A DNA stretch of 64,000 nucleotides from a virus. Taxonomy: Duplodnaviria > Caudoviricetes. The translations under genes were made by a program, and so were the position numbers. Where the stretch lies: IMG/VR virus record IMGVR_UViG_3300020365_000001. One strand, 5' to 3'. The first letter of the stretch is position 1, and every line of letters begins with the position of its first letter. The notes beneath the pieces are model-generated. The model was not told the origin of the DNA. It saw only the letters and a program-made list of their open reading frames with translations, and made no database searches. Shown here in pieces: positions 19,111-31,200 of this stretch.

Positions 19111-19629
19111 TTATTTAGTGTACCGAAAATAATAACGTAGGTGTCCTTGTGGAGAAAGTTCCTCCTCCAAACACTCTAAGTTATAGTTGTATGTAACGGC
19201 AATACTATTTATTTTTTCTTTTGTCCACTGATACCAAATGATACCTTCGTGATCTGCCCAATCATGAGCAATACCAGGATTTACCCTGAAGATACATTCT
19301 TTCAACCACAACTTATCCAACATCTTGATTTGGGAATCAATAGTTTCCTCATCACCAAAATTGATTGACCCCAGACACAATGCAATATCTGCCGGAGGGA
19401 AATCATAGGCATAGTAATCTTCTAACGACAGATGCAGATGTGCCTCTGAGTTATATGGGTCTATGCCTATTAGACCTGGTATGAGATCGCGAAAACGATT
19501 ATACCCACAACCAACATCTAAAACGCTGGAAGGGTTCTGGGCATTTACGTGTTCAACAACTTGGTATCCGGAGTGCTCATAACCTTCAAAGTTATGGTCT
19601 TTCCAGACACCCCCAAAATAAGATTGCAT
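19111..19629 (-). CDS. Class I SAM-dependent methyltransferase
   Basis: Motif I 'VLDVGCG', followed by 'GIDP' and 'DIALCLGSINF'. Confidence 0.8.
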   Translation of the reverse strand: MQSYFGGVWKDHNFEGYEHSGYQVVEHVNAQNPSSVLDVGCGYNRFRDLIPGLIGIDPYNSEAHLHLSLEDYYAYDFPPADIALCLGSINFGDEETIDSQIKMLDKLWLKECIFRVNPGIAHDWADHEGIIWYQWTKEKINSIAVTYNYNLECLEEELSPQGHLRYYFRYTK

Positions 19630-19820
19630 TATTTTTTGGTGGTCTTTGCAGACCCAGGGTTGGTATCTTGTAATTCTTGGATCTTTTCAACTAATTTCTG
19701 TTGCACCTCAATGAGACTGTTTATCCTTGCCTCATATGCAATACATTTCTGAGTCTCGTCCGTCAAGCGTTTGATATACACTTGCAAGACTGCTGTCAAT
19801 TCTTGCTCTTTTTCACTCAT
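19629..19820 (-). CDS. Small coiled-coil hypothetical protein
   Basis: Likely start at ATG 19820 (MSEKEQELTAVL...); the longer track start falls inside a terminator hairpin. Confidence 0.65.
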   Translation of the reverse strand: MSEKEQELTAVLQVYIKRLTDETQKCIAYEARINSLIEVQQKLVEKIQELQDTNPGSAKTTKK

Positions 19821-19846
19821 AAAAAAAGGGGGAGTCAACTCCCCCT
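19821..19846 (-). terminator. Rho-independent terminator after the long fibre gene
   Basis: Minus strand: GGGGGAGT-TG-ACTCCCCC hairpin followed by TTTTTTT. Confidence 0.75.
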
Positions 19847-19857
19847 ATATAGCAACT

Positions 19858-22800
19858 TTAGAACGATCCTCCATCGATCGTTACGTTCTCCAAGGATCGA
19901 GTTGTGCCAGAACAGGAGATCACCTGTGAAGCGCCAGCACAATCGTTGACGTAGAGAGAACCAACTTCCAATCCAGCGTAGGCACTTGGAGTCAGAACAC
20001 CGGAGTTCTCAGCAGCTTCGCTTGCGAGCACGAAGCGAGCAGCAGAGTCATCCCAGAAGACCGCTGCCTTCTTGGCAGATCCACTGTAGTAGTTCATCAC
20101 CAAACCAACGTCTTTGTTGGTGTCGCTGCTCAGGTTACCGCCGTCAACCTTTTGGAGTTCGAGGAGAGTATCCTCAATCGTGGTGTTGACTGTATTGATC
20201 TGAGTGGTGTTACCGTTGACAACCAAGTCTCCAGTGACGGTCAGATTGCTGGTAGCAGTGATTGAACCGTTGACGGCAAGAGTTGATCCATTGAACGTCA
20301 GGTTAGCACTATCCTCAACAGCACCAGAAGATCCTGCAAGGACGACACGACCAGAAGTTAGGTCAGACACCGTAGCGGAGGACAGAACTGTCTCAGCGCC
20401 TGTGATACTCGCTCCATTGGAACCGTTGATAGCACCACCAACTCCCAGAGTAGAACCGTCCCAGGTCAGGTTAGCATCATCTTCCAAGGTACCGGCACTA
20501 CCCGCAGTTACGATGCGACCGTCAGTCAGGTCGGAGACCGTTGCGGAGGACAGGACGGTTTCGCCACCGGAGATGTTTGCACCGCCGTTTCCGTCAAGTG
20601 CACCGCCGACCGTCAGACCAGCACCCACAGTGGCGGTGGTAGACTTCATGAAGGTATTGGTGGAAATACCCGTTACATTGATTTGAGCGAAGGTTGCTCC
20701 AGACCCACCGCCGAGAACGTAGGACTTCAGGTTGCTGGCAGTCAGTTTGCGGTTGGTTCCGTTAGCACCATCATCCACAAGCAGAAGGTCTGCGTCAGCA
20801 AGACTACTGGTAGCAGTAGCACCATCAATGTCCAGAGCACTTGCAGCGACCTTGTTAGCAGTGCTAATCGTGTTGAGTTTGCTGTCAGCAATAGAACCCG
20901 CCAACTGTGCGTTGGTGATGGTACCAGTCAAACTGGTCGTCGGTAGGTTCGTTGCGTCCTGGAGGTCAAAAGCAGGAGTTGCATCAGCAGCACCAAGATC
21001 AACCTCTACACCACCAAAGGAAACACTATTATTTGCCAACTGTGCATTAGTAATCGTGCCAGTTAGGTTTGTAGTTGCTAGTGCACCGTCAAAGGTAGTA
21101 GCAGTGGCAATGCCGCCGACCGTCAAGTCGGTGACCGTGGTCAGAGAAGTCAGTTCAACAACGTTACCCAGGGACTTCCAACCCACCATCTCCAGTTCAT
21201 CACCAGCGGTGGCAGCGTTAGTAAGAACTGCGGTGCTTCCGTTCGTGGCAGCGTAATCAGTACCAGTTACGAGACGAACACCGTTGAGGTACAGATCAAG
21301 GAATCCTGCTTGGTAACCGGCGTTGAAGGTAAAGGTGGTTTGACCTTGAGTTGCTGTCTTTACCTCTGTAGTAGTAAAGGTGGTAGAAGCAACACCAGTC
21401 AGAACAACGTCAGCAACTCCATCTGCAACGATGAAGTCTTCGAGACCTTGACCTCTAAACTTGAATGCAGTAACAATACCAGCAGAACCAGAGGCACTGG
21501 AAACACCGACCAGGGAAAGCAGACCGCCAGCAGCGTTACGAACGTCGGTTGCAGTAATAACACCACTAGAGACCACGTTACGCAGAGAAGCGTCGCGAGC
21601 AGTCAGTTCTTCGGTAACCGTCAGGTCAGTGCTGACAGTTGCAGCACCCGTGACAGCAAGAGTTGAACCATCAAAGGTCAGGTTTCCGCTGTCTTCCAGT
21701 TCACCACCGGAACCAGCAAGAACCACCCGACCGTCAGTCAGGTCAGAAACAACAGCACTGTTGAGAGTTGCACCACCAGTTACGGTCAGACCAGAAGCGA
21801 TGTTAGCACCGCCGTCAACGTCGAGTGCACCAGTAACAGTTGCACCAGCACCAACCTTCAGGGTCGTGGTGTCGGCAAACGTTACAGTACCAATACCACT
21901 AACACTGATGGCATTGAAGTTAGCACCAGCGCCACCACCAAGGACATATTCCTTGACGCGAGACATTGCCGTCTTGCGGTTAGTGCCGCCAGCACCATCA
22001 TCCACAAGCAGAAGATCTGCATCAACCAGGTCAGCACCAATATCCGTGGCACCGTCAATGTTGACAGAAGCAACGTCAACTACAACAGAACTGCTCAGAG
22101 CAGTTGCACTCAGGATCTCAGTGTTGTTGACCTTGAGGACCTTGCCAGAAGCAAGGTTGATGTTTTCTGATGCACCCCAGTTATCGCCAGTTGCTTCAAA
22201 CTGGAAGGTCTTGTCACCATCACCAGAATCAACTGTGATACCAGCACCATTTGCAGCAGAATCATCAGCAGCACCAGTGGCAACCTGGATGTTCTTATCA
22301 ACAATATTGACGACCGTAGAATTCACAGTCGTAGTGGTGCCATCAACTTGGAGGTCACCAGCAATCACAACCTTACCAGTGTCATCGCCTACAGCAGCAG
22401 GGTCAATGGTAAGGGTTGCTGGACCGGAGATAGTGTCGGAGGTAACACGAATTGCAGAACCTTCAGCACCCGTGTGGAATGCAGTACCATTTACAACACC
22501 ACCTACTGTCAAACCAGAAGCGATGTTAGCGCCACCGTCAACGTCAAGAGCACCAGTAACAGTTGCACCAGCACCAACGGTCAGTGTGGTCGCCTTAGCA
22601 AAGGTTACGGTAGAAATACCAGTAACGTTGATGGCAGCAAAGTTTGCACCTGCACCGCCACCAAGCATGTAATCCTTGAGGTTGCTTGCAGTGACCTTAC
22701 GGTTTGTACCGTTAGCACCGTCATCAACAACCAGCAGGTCAGCATCAACAACACTGGTTGTAGCGGTAGCACCATCAATATCGAGGGCACTCAAGGCAAC

Positions 22801-24111
22801 CTTATTGGCGGTAGATACCGTGTTCAGTTTGCTGTCAGCAATGCTACCTGCAAGTTGAGCGTTGGTGATCGTACCAGTCAGACTGGTGGTAGGAAGATTA
22901 GTTGCATCTTGAAGATCAAATGCAGGAGTTGCGTCAGCAGCACCCAGGGCAACCTCTACGCCACCAAAAGAAACGCTGTCGTTTACCAGTTTGGCGTTGG
23001 TAATGTTACCCGTCAGTTGAGCATTACTAATGGTGCCTACCAGACTGCTGGTGGGATAGTTAGTAGCGTCAGAAAGGTTGAATGCTGGTGTAGCGTCAGT
23101 TTGACCAAGGTCAAGGTTTACACCACCAAAGTTGATGCTACTGTTAGCAAGTTTAGCGTTAGCAATACTACCTGCTAACTGGGCATTGGTAATTGTGCCA
23201 ACCAGAGAACCGGTAGGATAGTTGGTAGCATCTGCCAAATCAAAGGCAGGAGTTGCGTCAGCAGCACCTAGTGCTAGGGTGACACCACCGAAAGCAACGG
23301 TACTGTTTGCCAACTTGTCATTGGCAATACTACCTGCCAACTGGGCGTTGGTGATGGTTCCTGTCAGGTTAGTAGTTGCCAGTGCACCATCAAAGGTAGT
23401 TGCAGTTGCAACACCAGAAACCGTCAGTTGATCAACAGTCTGTGATCCAGTTACAGTCAGACCACCGGCAACATTAGCGCCACCGTCAACGTCTAGGGCA
23501 CCAGTAACAGTTGCACCAGCAGCAACCTTCAGGGTCGTGGTATCAGCAAACGTTACAGTACCAATACCGCTAACACTGATAGCAGCAAAACTAGCACCAC
23601 TACCACCACCAAGAACATAAGTCTTGAGTCGTGAGGCAGCAGTCTTCCTATTCGTTCCGCCACCACCGTCATCTACGATGAAGAGGTCAGCATCAGTAAT
23701 ATCTGCGCCAATATCAGTACCACCGTCGATGTCCAACACCGAGAGAGGGGTATCAATATCAACTTCTGTAGACCAGGACATGTTGCCTGATCCGTCTACC
23801 TTCAGATAACCACCTGCTGTAGCAGAGGCAGGTAGAATGTAATCTTGATTTCCAGTAAGTGCTGCCGGTGACTTCAGGGCAACATAGTGGTCACCATTAT
23901 TCGCACCTTCTACGAGGCGAACAGCGGATCCGGTTGTTGCTGTTTCTCTTTCCCAATAACGGGCAGAACCAACAATCTTATTATTGTTAGTTGTAGAATC
24001 AATACCAACAAATAGGTCAAACTCATCTACAACCCATCCCGGTTCACCTGCTTGGAGACCCGGAAGAGCTGAAAAGTTACCCCGCTTGAACTGTAAGACA
24101 GGCGCTGCCAT
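19858..24111 (-). CDS. Long repetitive tail-fibre-like protein (1417 aa)
   Basis: N-terminal 'LQFKRG...LQAGEPG', Gly/Thr/Ala-rich repeats, 'GDLQVDGTTTTVNST' fibre motifs and C-terminal 'IDGGSF'. Confidence 0.85.
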   Translation of the reverse strand: MAAPVLQFKRGNFSALPGLQAGEPGWVVDEFDLFVGIDSTTNNNKIVGSARYWERETATTGSAVRLVEGANNGDHYVALKSPAALTGNQDYILPASATAGGYLKVDGSGNMSWSTEVDIDTPLSVLDIDGGTDIGADITDADLFIVDDGGGGTNRKTAASRLKTYVLGGGSGASFAAISVSGIGTVTFADTTTLKVAAGATVTGALDVDGGANVAGGLTVTGSQTVDQLTVSGVATATTFDGALATTNLTGTITNAQLAGSIANDKLANSTVAFGGVTLALGAADATPAFDLADATNYPTGSLVGTITNAQLAGSIANAKLANSSINFGGVNLDLGQTDATPAFNLSDATNYPTSSLVGTISNAQLTGNITNAKLVNDSVSFGGVEVALGAADATPAFDLQDATNLPTTSLTGTITNAQLAGSIADSKLNTVSTANKVALSALDIDGATATTSVVDADLLVVDDGANGTNRKVTASNLKDYMLGGGAGANFAAINVTGISTVTFAKATTLTVGAGATVTGALDVDGGANIASGLTVGGVVNGTAFHTGAEGSAIRVTSDTISGPATLTIDPAAVGDDTGKVVIAGDLQVDGTTTTVNSTVVNIVDKNIQVATGAADDSAANGAGITVDSGDGDKTFQFEATGDNWGASENINLASGKVLKVNNTEILSATALSSSVVVDVASVNIDGATDIGADLVDADLLLVDDGAGGTNRKTAMSRVKEYVLGGGAGANFNAISVSGIGTVTFADTTTLKVGAGATVTGALDVDGGANIASGLTVTGGATLNSAVVSDLTDGRVVLAGSGGELEDSGNLTFDGSTLAVTGAATVSTDLTVTEELTARDASLRNVVSSGVITATDVRNAAGGLLSLVGVSSASGSAGIVTAFKFRGQGLEDFIVADGVADVVLTGVASTTFTTTEVKTATQGQTTFTFNAGYQAGFLDLYLNGVRLVTGTDYAATNGSTAVLTNAATAGDELEMVGWKSLGNVVELTSLTTVTDLTVGGIATATTFDGALATTNLTGTITNAQLANNSVSFGGVEVDLGAADATPAFDLQDATNLPTTSLTGTITNAQLAGSIADSKLNTISTANKVAASALDIDGATATSSLADADLLLVDDGANGTNRKLTASNLKSYVLGGGSGATFAQINVTGISTNTFMKSTTATVGAGLTVGGALDGNGGANISGGETVLSSATVSDLTDGRIVTAGSAGTLEDDANLTWDGSTLGVGGAINGSNGASITGAETVLSSATVSDLTSGRVVLAGSSGAVEDSANLTFNGSTLAVNGSITATSNLTVTGDLVVNGNTTQINTVNTTIEDTLLELQKVDGGNLSSDTNKDVGLVMNYYSGSAKKAAVFWDDSAARFVLASEAAENSGVLTPSAYAGLEVGSLYVNDCAGASQVISCSGTTRSLENVTIDGGSF

Positions 24112-24183
24112 TTTTTACTATTCAGTAATTGTTATGCCATTAGTCACTGCAAATAATAAAGATTTTTATAGTAATATTTATTT

Positions 24184-24558
24184 CTAAAACGACCCTGCGT
24201 CAAGATCGATACGATCATCCAGGGCGTCATCCAAGTATTGAAGTGCTTCGCTGGATATGCCACCACTTGGGGGAGCACCGCCAGGAACAGTAGATGCTCC
24301 AGTTGCAGCATCGACTACTTCATCAGGGTTTACAAATTTGAAAGAAGATGATGATGCATCATAAATCAAAACAAATCTGTTTTGATCTGCACTTGTAAGA
24401 TTGGATGTATTCACATCCGTAAGTTGTGTCAGTCGATCCACGTCGCTTCCTCCTCCGGCAGAACCACCTGCTCCTTGCAAATTTACAGTAAAATTTTCAG
24501 ATTGTCCTGGAGAAACAAGGCGAACTGAAAACTGATTATTCTCTAATTGTACTTTCAT
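24184..24558 (-). CDS. Small fibre-associated structural protein
   Basis: 'LTQLTDV...FVLIYDA...IDLDAGSF' motifs typical of cyanophage fibre-region proteins. Confidence 0.6.
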   Translation of the reverse strand: MKVQLENNQFSVRLVSPGQSENFTVNLQGAGGSAGGGSDVDRLTQLTDVNTSNLTSADQNRFVLIYDASSSSFKFVNPDEVVDAATGASTVPGGAPPSGGISSEALQYLDDALDDRIDLDAGSF

Positions 24559-24896
24559 GCAATCGTCCCATTGACTTGTGACTGACCTTGAATGACCTTT
24601 GTTACTTTACTAGTAACATCATTCGTGACCAAGACATCGTAATTATAACGACCGGCGGTAATGATACCGGTTTGAGAGTTTGTTAGAGTAATAGTAATTT
24701 TACCTTCGGTTGGCGCTGCACCAAAAGTTACTCCAAAACCAATAAAACCAGCATCAACACCTGAGTGCTTGCTCATCCTTGCGGTGATGCTGTGATTTGT
24801 CAGATTTAGAGGTAATCCAGTGGCTGCTGTTACTGAATAGGTAGCAGTGAAGTCAGTACCCTGTTCAATTTGAATATTTACAACTGGTACTGCCAT
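24555..24896 (-). CDS. Small Ig-like virion structural protein
   Basis: 'NIQIEQGTDF...GKITITLT..QT...GRYNYDV' pattern. Confidence 0.65.
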   Translation of the reverse strand: MAVPVVNIQIEQGTDFTATYSVTAATGLPLNLTNHSITARMSKHSGVDAGFIGFGVTFGAAPTEGKITITLTNSQTGIITAGRYNYDVLVTNDVTSKVTKVIQGQSQVNGTIA

Positions 24897-24918
24897 CTCT
24901 GCCTAGAATGTCACTGTA

Positions 24919-25125
24919 TTATTTATTCAAATGATTGCGAATCAGATCTTTGAGTTCCTTGATCTCGTCTTCCAGATCACTGATTCTACTGTTCTGCAAT
25001 CGTCGGGAATCGCGATCGGCAATATATTTTTTGTATCCTGTGGTATCAGTTGACACCACCGCACTAGTCGTCAGATCCCTCTCTAGATGAGGATGATCCT
25101 CCACTTTCGCTCTCTTCGCTTTCAT
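24919..25125 (-). CDS. Small coiled-coil hypothetical protein
   Basis: 'KVEDHPHLERD..TSAVV...LEDEIKELKDLI', a type commonly found after the VrlC-like gene in T4-like cyanophages. Confidence 0.7.
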   Translation of the reverse strand: MKAKRAKVEDHPHLERDLTTSAVVSTDTTGYKKYIADRDSRRLQNSRISDLEDEIKELKDLIRNHLNK

Positions 25126-25152
25126 ACAGCAACTCCCATAAAAATCCCCAAC

Positions 25153-25293
25153 TCATTCGTCTAACGGTCTCTTTTTATTGATACGTTTGATCATCCTAGC
25201 ATAGGAAAGTTCTGCTGGGGTATACATCTCGGGATGCTTTTTGGCAATCTTCAAGATCTTTTTAGCGATCTTTCGATCTTCTTTGTTTCTCAT
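25153..25293 (-). CDS. 46-aa basic hypothetical protein (not in ORF track)
   Basis: MRNKEDRKIAKKILKIAKKHPEMYTPAELSYARMIKRINKKRPLDE; its start overlaps the upstream stop (TAATG). Confidence 0.6.
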   Translation of the reverse strand: MRNKEDRKIAKKILKIAKKHPEMYTPAELSYARMIKRINKKRPLDE

Positions 25294-28200
25294 TATGCGA
25301 CAGCAATGGTACGGAAGTCGAGCAGTTCTGGTGCCTCAGACTGAGTGCTAGAGTTGAATACAACCTTGACTTGGAAGGAAGTAAACTGTGGCAGGTCATC
25401 AGCAGTGTACTCATACTCGTTGAACGAGTTTGTCAAACTTGGCGAAATGTTTCTATCTGGCAAACCGCTGTTGTTGTTTTCGTTGATAACGTCACCAGAT
25501 GCATCCAAGTTATTGAATCCAGGCATAGGTTCAAAAACCTGATCGAACTCGGAAGAGTCTTCCCGCTTGAGGCGATAGAAGACACGCATCTCACATTCAG
25601 CAGGACGGTTAGCAGCAAAGAGAACTTTCAGCGATGTAGAAGGATTCTCAAGACCAATTTCCTTAGTCTGATAGATCATGCTATGAGGATCGTCAATAAC
25701 GTTAGAACGACGGTCTGTCAGGAAGTTATCGATGGGTTTGTTGATTCGGTTAGACTCAGTAAGAATAGAACTCTTGAACACGTCAATGACAGGTGACACG
25801 TTCTCATTGTCGGTGCTGAGAGTTCCCTCAAAGGTGAACGATTTAGCACCAGGCAGGGCAAGGATAGAAGACTTTGCCTGCTCGTTTTTGCGAGAAGCAA
25901 TGATACGAGTAGAGTTCAACTGAGTACGACCAAAGAGGGAGATGTCCTCAAATCCTTGGTCGGAGAAAGAAGTCTCATTACCATCAACACTGGTTCCACT
26001 GGTGGTACGAATCTTACCAGTCAGTTTGGTTCCAATAGGTGTGCTGTGGGCAATGTTAGGATTGACGGTATCGAACACGATGTTACTAGAACCACGTGCA
26101 CCGTCACCACCACCAACTTTATCTTTGGCGAACAGAACACCACCACCAACTTTTACGAAATAACTATCAAGAGCAATCTTACCTTCGATGTTGTTGGTAA
26201 CATCAATCAGGTCATGATCGGTATTGATCTTGCGGAGGGACATTCCAGAGAGTTCGTACTTTTGAATCGGAGTGTCAATAGCGTGATCAATAGCGATGGT
26301 ATCGTCAACAGAACGGGTGATAGTTCCTGAGAGTGCATTTGTACCAACGCTGGTGTAGGAGATAACTTCGTCACCAATCTTGGCAAATCCAGGATTGCTT
26401 GCAGTAACTTGTGCACCCTCAAAGAAGTTGAATCCGATGGTACTTGCAACACTGACCACAGAGGTCAGACTTGCGGCATAACCAACAGTCAGACGGGTTG
26501 GGACGCTATCACCACCAACACCAGTCAGACTGACTACAGAGTTGTTGGAGTGGTTACCATGATTAGGATGGTTGACCTTGAAGTGGCGACCATCGTACTG
26601 ATCAGAGTTGACAGTAACAACCTTAGGAATGATGTTAGTTTGGACAGATGCAATACCTGCTTGGGGACCAACAGCAGGGATGTAGGAGATAGAGTCAGTG
26701 GTATTGAAATCGGCACCAGAGACGTTAGTCAGTACAAGTGCACTAGTGCTGGTAGTAACGCCAACAGTCAGTACCAAATTCTTACCAAGTCCCTTTGTTC
26801 CCAGGTTAGCAGTCAGGGTATCACCAACAGAGTAACCTTCGCCTGTGTTATCAAGTTTGACAGTTGCACCAGTAATACTGCCACTAGAGACGGTCACAAC
26901 ACCAACTGCGTTTTGACCCCGACCAGTGGAGGTGATAAAGTTCACTGTGTTATAGGTACCATCTTCATAGTCGGTACCAGCGTTGGTGATGGCCAGAGTG
27001 TTTGCTGCCTGACTGAGGTGAGACAAACGTGAGGCAATCGTGCCACGGGCAGTAGTATTGTTCTCTTGAGAAACAACCACACCCTCAAGGATATGGGGAC
27101 TATCAGTACCCGACGCCAGACCCACGTACACGCGCTTGGAGAAGGTCTCAATCGGATTATCCGGCAACTTGTTACGTTGGTTGAGCAAGTTCAACTGAGG
27201 GTTGTACAGACGCACTGTACCGGGTTCTGTGATGAACTTTGCTTTGTAGGACCTATACTTCAAGTCTTCCAACTGAGATGCAGTCCAGGTGAAGTTGCTC
27301 TGTGCTTTGAACAGAGAACCTTGAGACGGTTGCTTAGCGACAATGACTTGCTGGAACTGACTCAGATCAGCAGTAGTAATGTCTGCTTCGCCAACTTGAG
27401 AAATCCAGGCATCGTAATCGCCAGATGCTGAACCCAGGTAGAAGGCATAGTTGCCTTTGGGCAGATACACCGGAGCACGGAAACGGAAGTTTGTCGGTAC
27501 AGTTCCGTCGTTAGAAATCGACACCTGGTCTGGGTTCAAGAACACTTCACTGTTCTTCATCACCTTGGCAGATGGATAACCATTCTCCAGAGGAACGATA
27601 CGGACCTTGAGGGGAACTTCTGCTGCCTTGCTCTGGAAGAACATGTCAACAGAGGTCATGAAGATACCAGGATCATCGGTAACTTCAAAGGACTGTGCCA
27701 GGGGATCGTCATTGTTATCTTGCTCCGGCGGCGGTTGGATAACATTGGTGACGTTGTTCACAACGTTCGTGACGTTGATAACAACCGGTTCGGGAAGAGC
27801 AGGTTCCGTGCGGATAACAGTAGTCTCTGTAATTTCAAATCCTTCAGAGAAGAAGTTCTGTGTAGCGTTACTGAAGTTCTTACCAGGGATTTGATCTTCT
27901 GGTTTGATCTCAACTAACTGGGAAGTATTCTCTCCGTCTTGGAAAGTGTTCGGGGGAATGTAATAGCAACCTTGAACACAACCAGTAGAGTCAGACACCA
28001 GACGGATGTCATTGACCGTTGCTTGTGCGCCACTAGTTTCACCAACCAGAAGCATGCCCGGAGTCAGGACTCCGAAGAAGTTAGAGTCGGACTTTTGGTT
28101 CAGGGACGAACAATCAACGTTCAAAACAGTTGTTGTCTCTGAGTAAGAAGAAGACAATCCAACCGTAGAGGAGTATGGGTTGTCACCGTAAGTGATTTGT

Positions 28201-31200
28201 GGGTTGGCGAAAGGACCTGCCTTGTGGTTAGGTGCTGCCAGTCGGAAACGGATGTCAGCAGAAGTAGTAGCATTCTGCATTGTGAACATGTAACCGATGA
28301 CGGTCTCACCAGTCTGGAAGGATCCACTTTGAGGAGTAACCTCAATCAGTTTAGGAATAGTGTAGAAGTTATCATCAATCATATCGGTGCCAGACCAATA
28401 TGAATAGTGACGAGTGTGGGGTTTCAGAACAGTCGCATTGAACTCGATGTTCTGCTCACGCATGAACGGAACTGGTTCAGTCTCAGAGATGAAGTCGTTT
28501 GCAAATCCTTCACCCTCAGTGATAGTCTGTTGGACACGATCGACATACACATCAGAATCGGGAACCAATTGAAGCACACCGTTCCAGTCACGGTACATGT
28601 AGGGGTTGACACTCTCCAAACGGGTAGCGTAGGGTTGGTTACGATCTTCAACTTCCTCGTATGCAAGAGTCACCATGTCTCCAGTCTTCTGGATGTTAGG
28701 TGAACCAAGGTCTTCGGCAAAACGGGGATCCACAGTAGGATCTGGAGCACCAGTCAGACCAACAACACTGTTAGAACCGATCAAGAGATCGATAGAGTCA
28801 CGTGTCTTCTTAGGTGTCAGTTTGCCACCATCAATTTCATATTTGATTTCTGTCTGCGTCTTGTCTGCAACATCAAATGAGTTGAATGGATCAACAACAA
28901 AACCATTCTTGAAACGATCAAGACCAGTATCAGGATCCTTGATAGTCAGACTTTCGGTCTTAGCTTCTAGGAGAGACAGTGATGTGATCTCTTCAAGATC
29001 TTCAATACGATTCTCCAGTTTGCCGATATCCTTCATGGTATATCGACGGTTTGCCTTGAACCGGATAGTAGTCTCTAGACGAGCATCGTAAATGTATGGG
29101 GCGTATTCAATAGTTGCCAGTTCAAAAGCACCACCCACGACATCGGGGAGAACTGGGTTGTCGGAAGGAATACCTTCTACAATATTGAAGGAGTTATCGG
29201 GGTTGAGATACAGGCGATCTTTCCTTCCCTGATAGTAGCTATAGTTGAAGAGAATGTTCTCGTTAGACTCAAGAACATTGGGGACAGACTGTCCTCCAGA
29301 GGCAAAACTACGAGAGTCAAATTCAAAGGGAGAACGACTACCGGAGTAAGGTGCTACCCTAGGACGCAAGTCAATGATGTCACTGTTACGGATATTGCCG
29401 TATGCGGGGATCCTGTCATACTCTGCTTTCTCGTAACTAGATGCAGTAACAACATCACCAGCATCTTGAGCATTGACCTCATAGTGATCGAAGTAAATCT
29501 TCAAACGACCTTGAGGTTCACCTGCATTTTGCTTACGAACCAAACGTCCGAAGTCATAATATTCATCACGCTGACCATTGTCCAGAACAAAGTTCTTGCG
29601 GATGTTAGGATCGCCAGGAGTGATAACAGAAACATTTGCTTTGACACCACTGGTCTCAAACAAGATCTCCTCAGTCTCAATAAAGTTGCGGGAGTTCTTC
29701 GTGCAAATTTCAATCGCAGTGCTGCCACTACGGGCAAGAATATAAGCGGCACAACCAGAGGATTGACCAATACCAACCTCACCCAGGATGAGGTCACTGT
29801 TGTCGTTGTTGGGTCCAGTGAAAGATGAAAGAGTTATGGATGGTATAGTTGGATCGCCAGACCCAGAAGACTCAAATACAGCATGAACCTGAACAATATC
29901 AGGGTAGTCAAGTGAGATTTCCCTATCTTGGACTCGTTTTCCGTAGATGGAGTTAGCGGTAAGACCATCGGCAAGACCTGCACTGCTAGAGTTACTTGAA
30001 CCGTCTACCGTCAAAGCGGTAGCTTTTGTCAGTGTCTTCAGTTTAGAAGACACGTTGCCTTTTTGTTTTGTGACGTGAACAACAACGTTTCCAGACTGAC
30101 TAGCAGTCAATCCAGAAATAGTACCAGACTTACTGCCGCCAGTGAAGACAACTTGGTCTTCAGACAGATCTTCAATGGTACCGTTGTTGTAAATGACAGT
30201 ATAACGTTCTTCGTCGAACGCAGAATATACGAAGTCAGTACCAACCAGTGACGGCAGGGTCAACTGACCACTACCATCAGTGGATTGACTTGTCAGTTCT
30301 TGACGAGTAGAAATCACTGCATTCGTCAGATCAACACTTTCAACATTAGTGTTGGGCATCTCCGCATACAGGAAACCAGTGTCAGAACCAATCAGTTTGG
30401 GGGAGACGACTTTCAGACCAGTAATTGTAATCGTGCCACTACCGGGCAGATCATGATATGCAACACCAGCAACTGCTGCATTAGCACTTGCTACCAAGGT
30501 TGCACTTTGATTAGATCCTGCAACAGCAGAGACCTGGTTATAAACAGTATCGCTTTGTCCAGAGACGTTATAAGCAACGATGTCACCAACTTTCAGGCGT
30601 TTTGCCCACCCAGTAGAACCGGAAGTCAATGCACCACCAGAGGTCAGGAAGAATTCTTGTGCGCCGAAGTTGAACTGCTCCTCAAGAACAGTGTCAGCAG
30701 CGAATGTACGACCACCACCAGTAGAGCGGACAGACTTGACATCTGCCATACCATACTCACGCACCTCGATGATGATACGACCTTGATCTTCTCCATTCAC
30801 ACGAATGGGTTCATCGACCAAGAACTTACCAGCAGTTTCACAGAGAATAAGTTCGTCACTAGTGGTATTGCTACGGAGCATACCGCGAGCACCAGAACGA
30901 GCACCCTCAACCAGAGCAGGTGCGTTCAATGTAATTGCTTGGTTGACAGTCACCTTAGTGTCGGTGACGATATCAAACAGGAAGAGTTCAAAAACTGAAG
31001 TATTATCAGTGTAGGCCGAGTTCTGGAGTTTATAATCGTAGACGCGAGCACGACCGATGCTTTCACCGGAAGCGGTTGATTTATTGCTATCAAGACGCTC
31101 GCTACGGAGATCAACAAAATCGCTATTGGCCGCGGCAATAGAAATCTGGGCTGCACTCAAAGTGTTGTTGACCCGGAGGCGATTACCTGCCTCAAACGGG

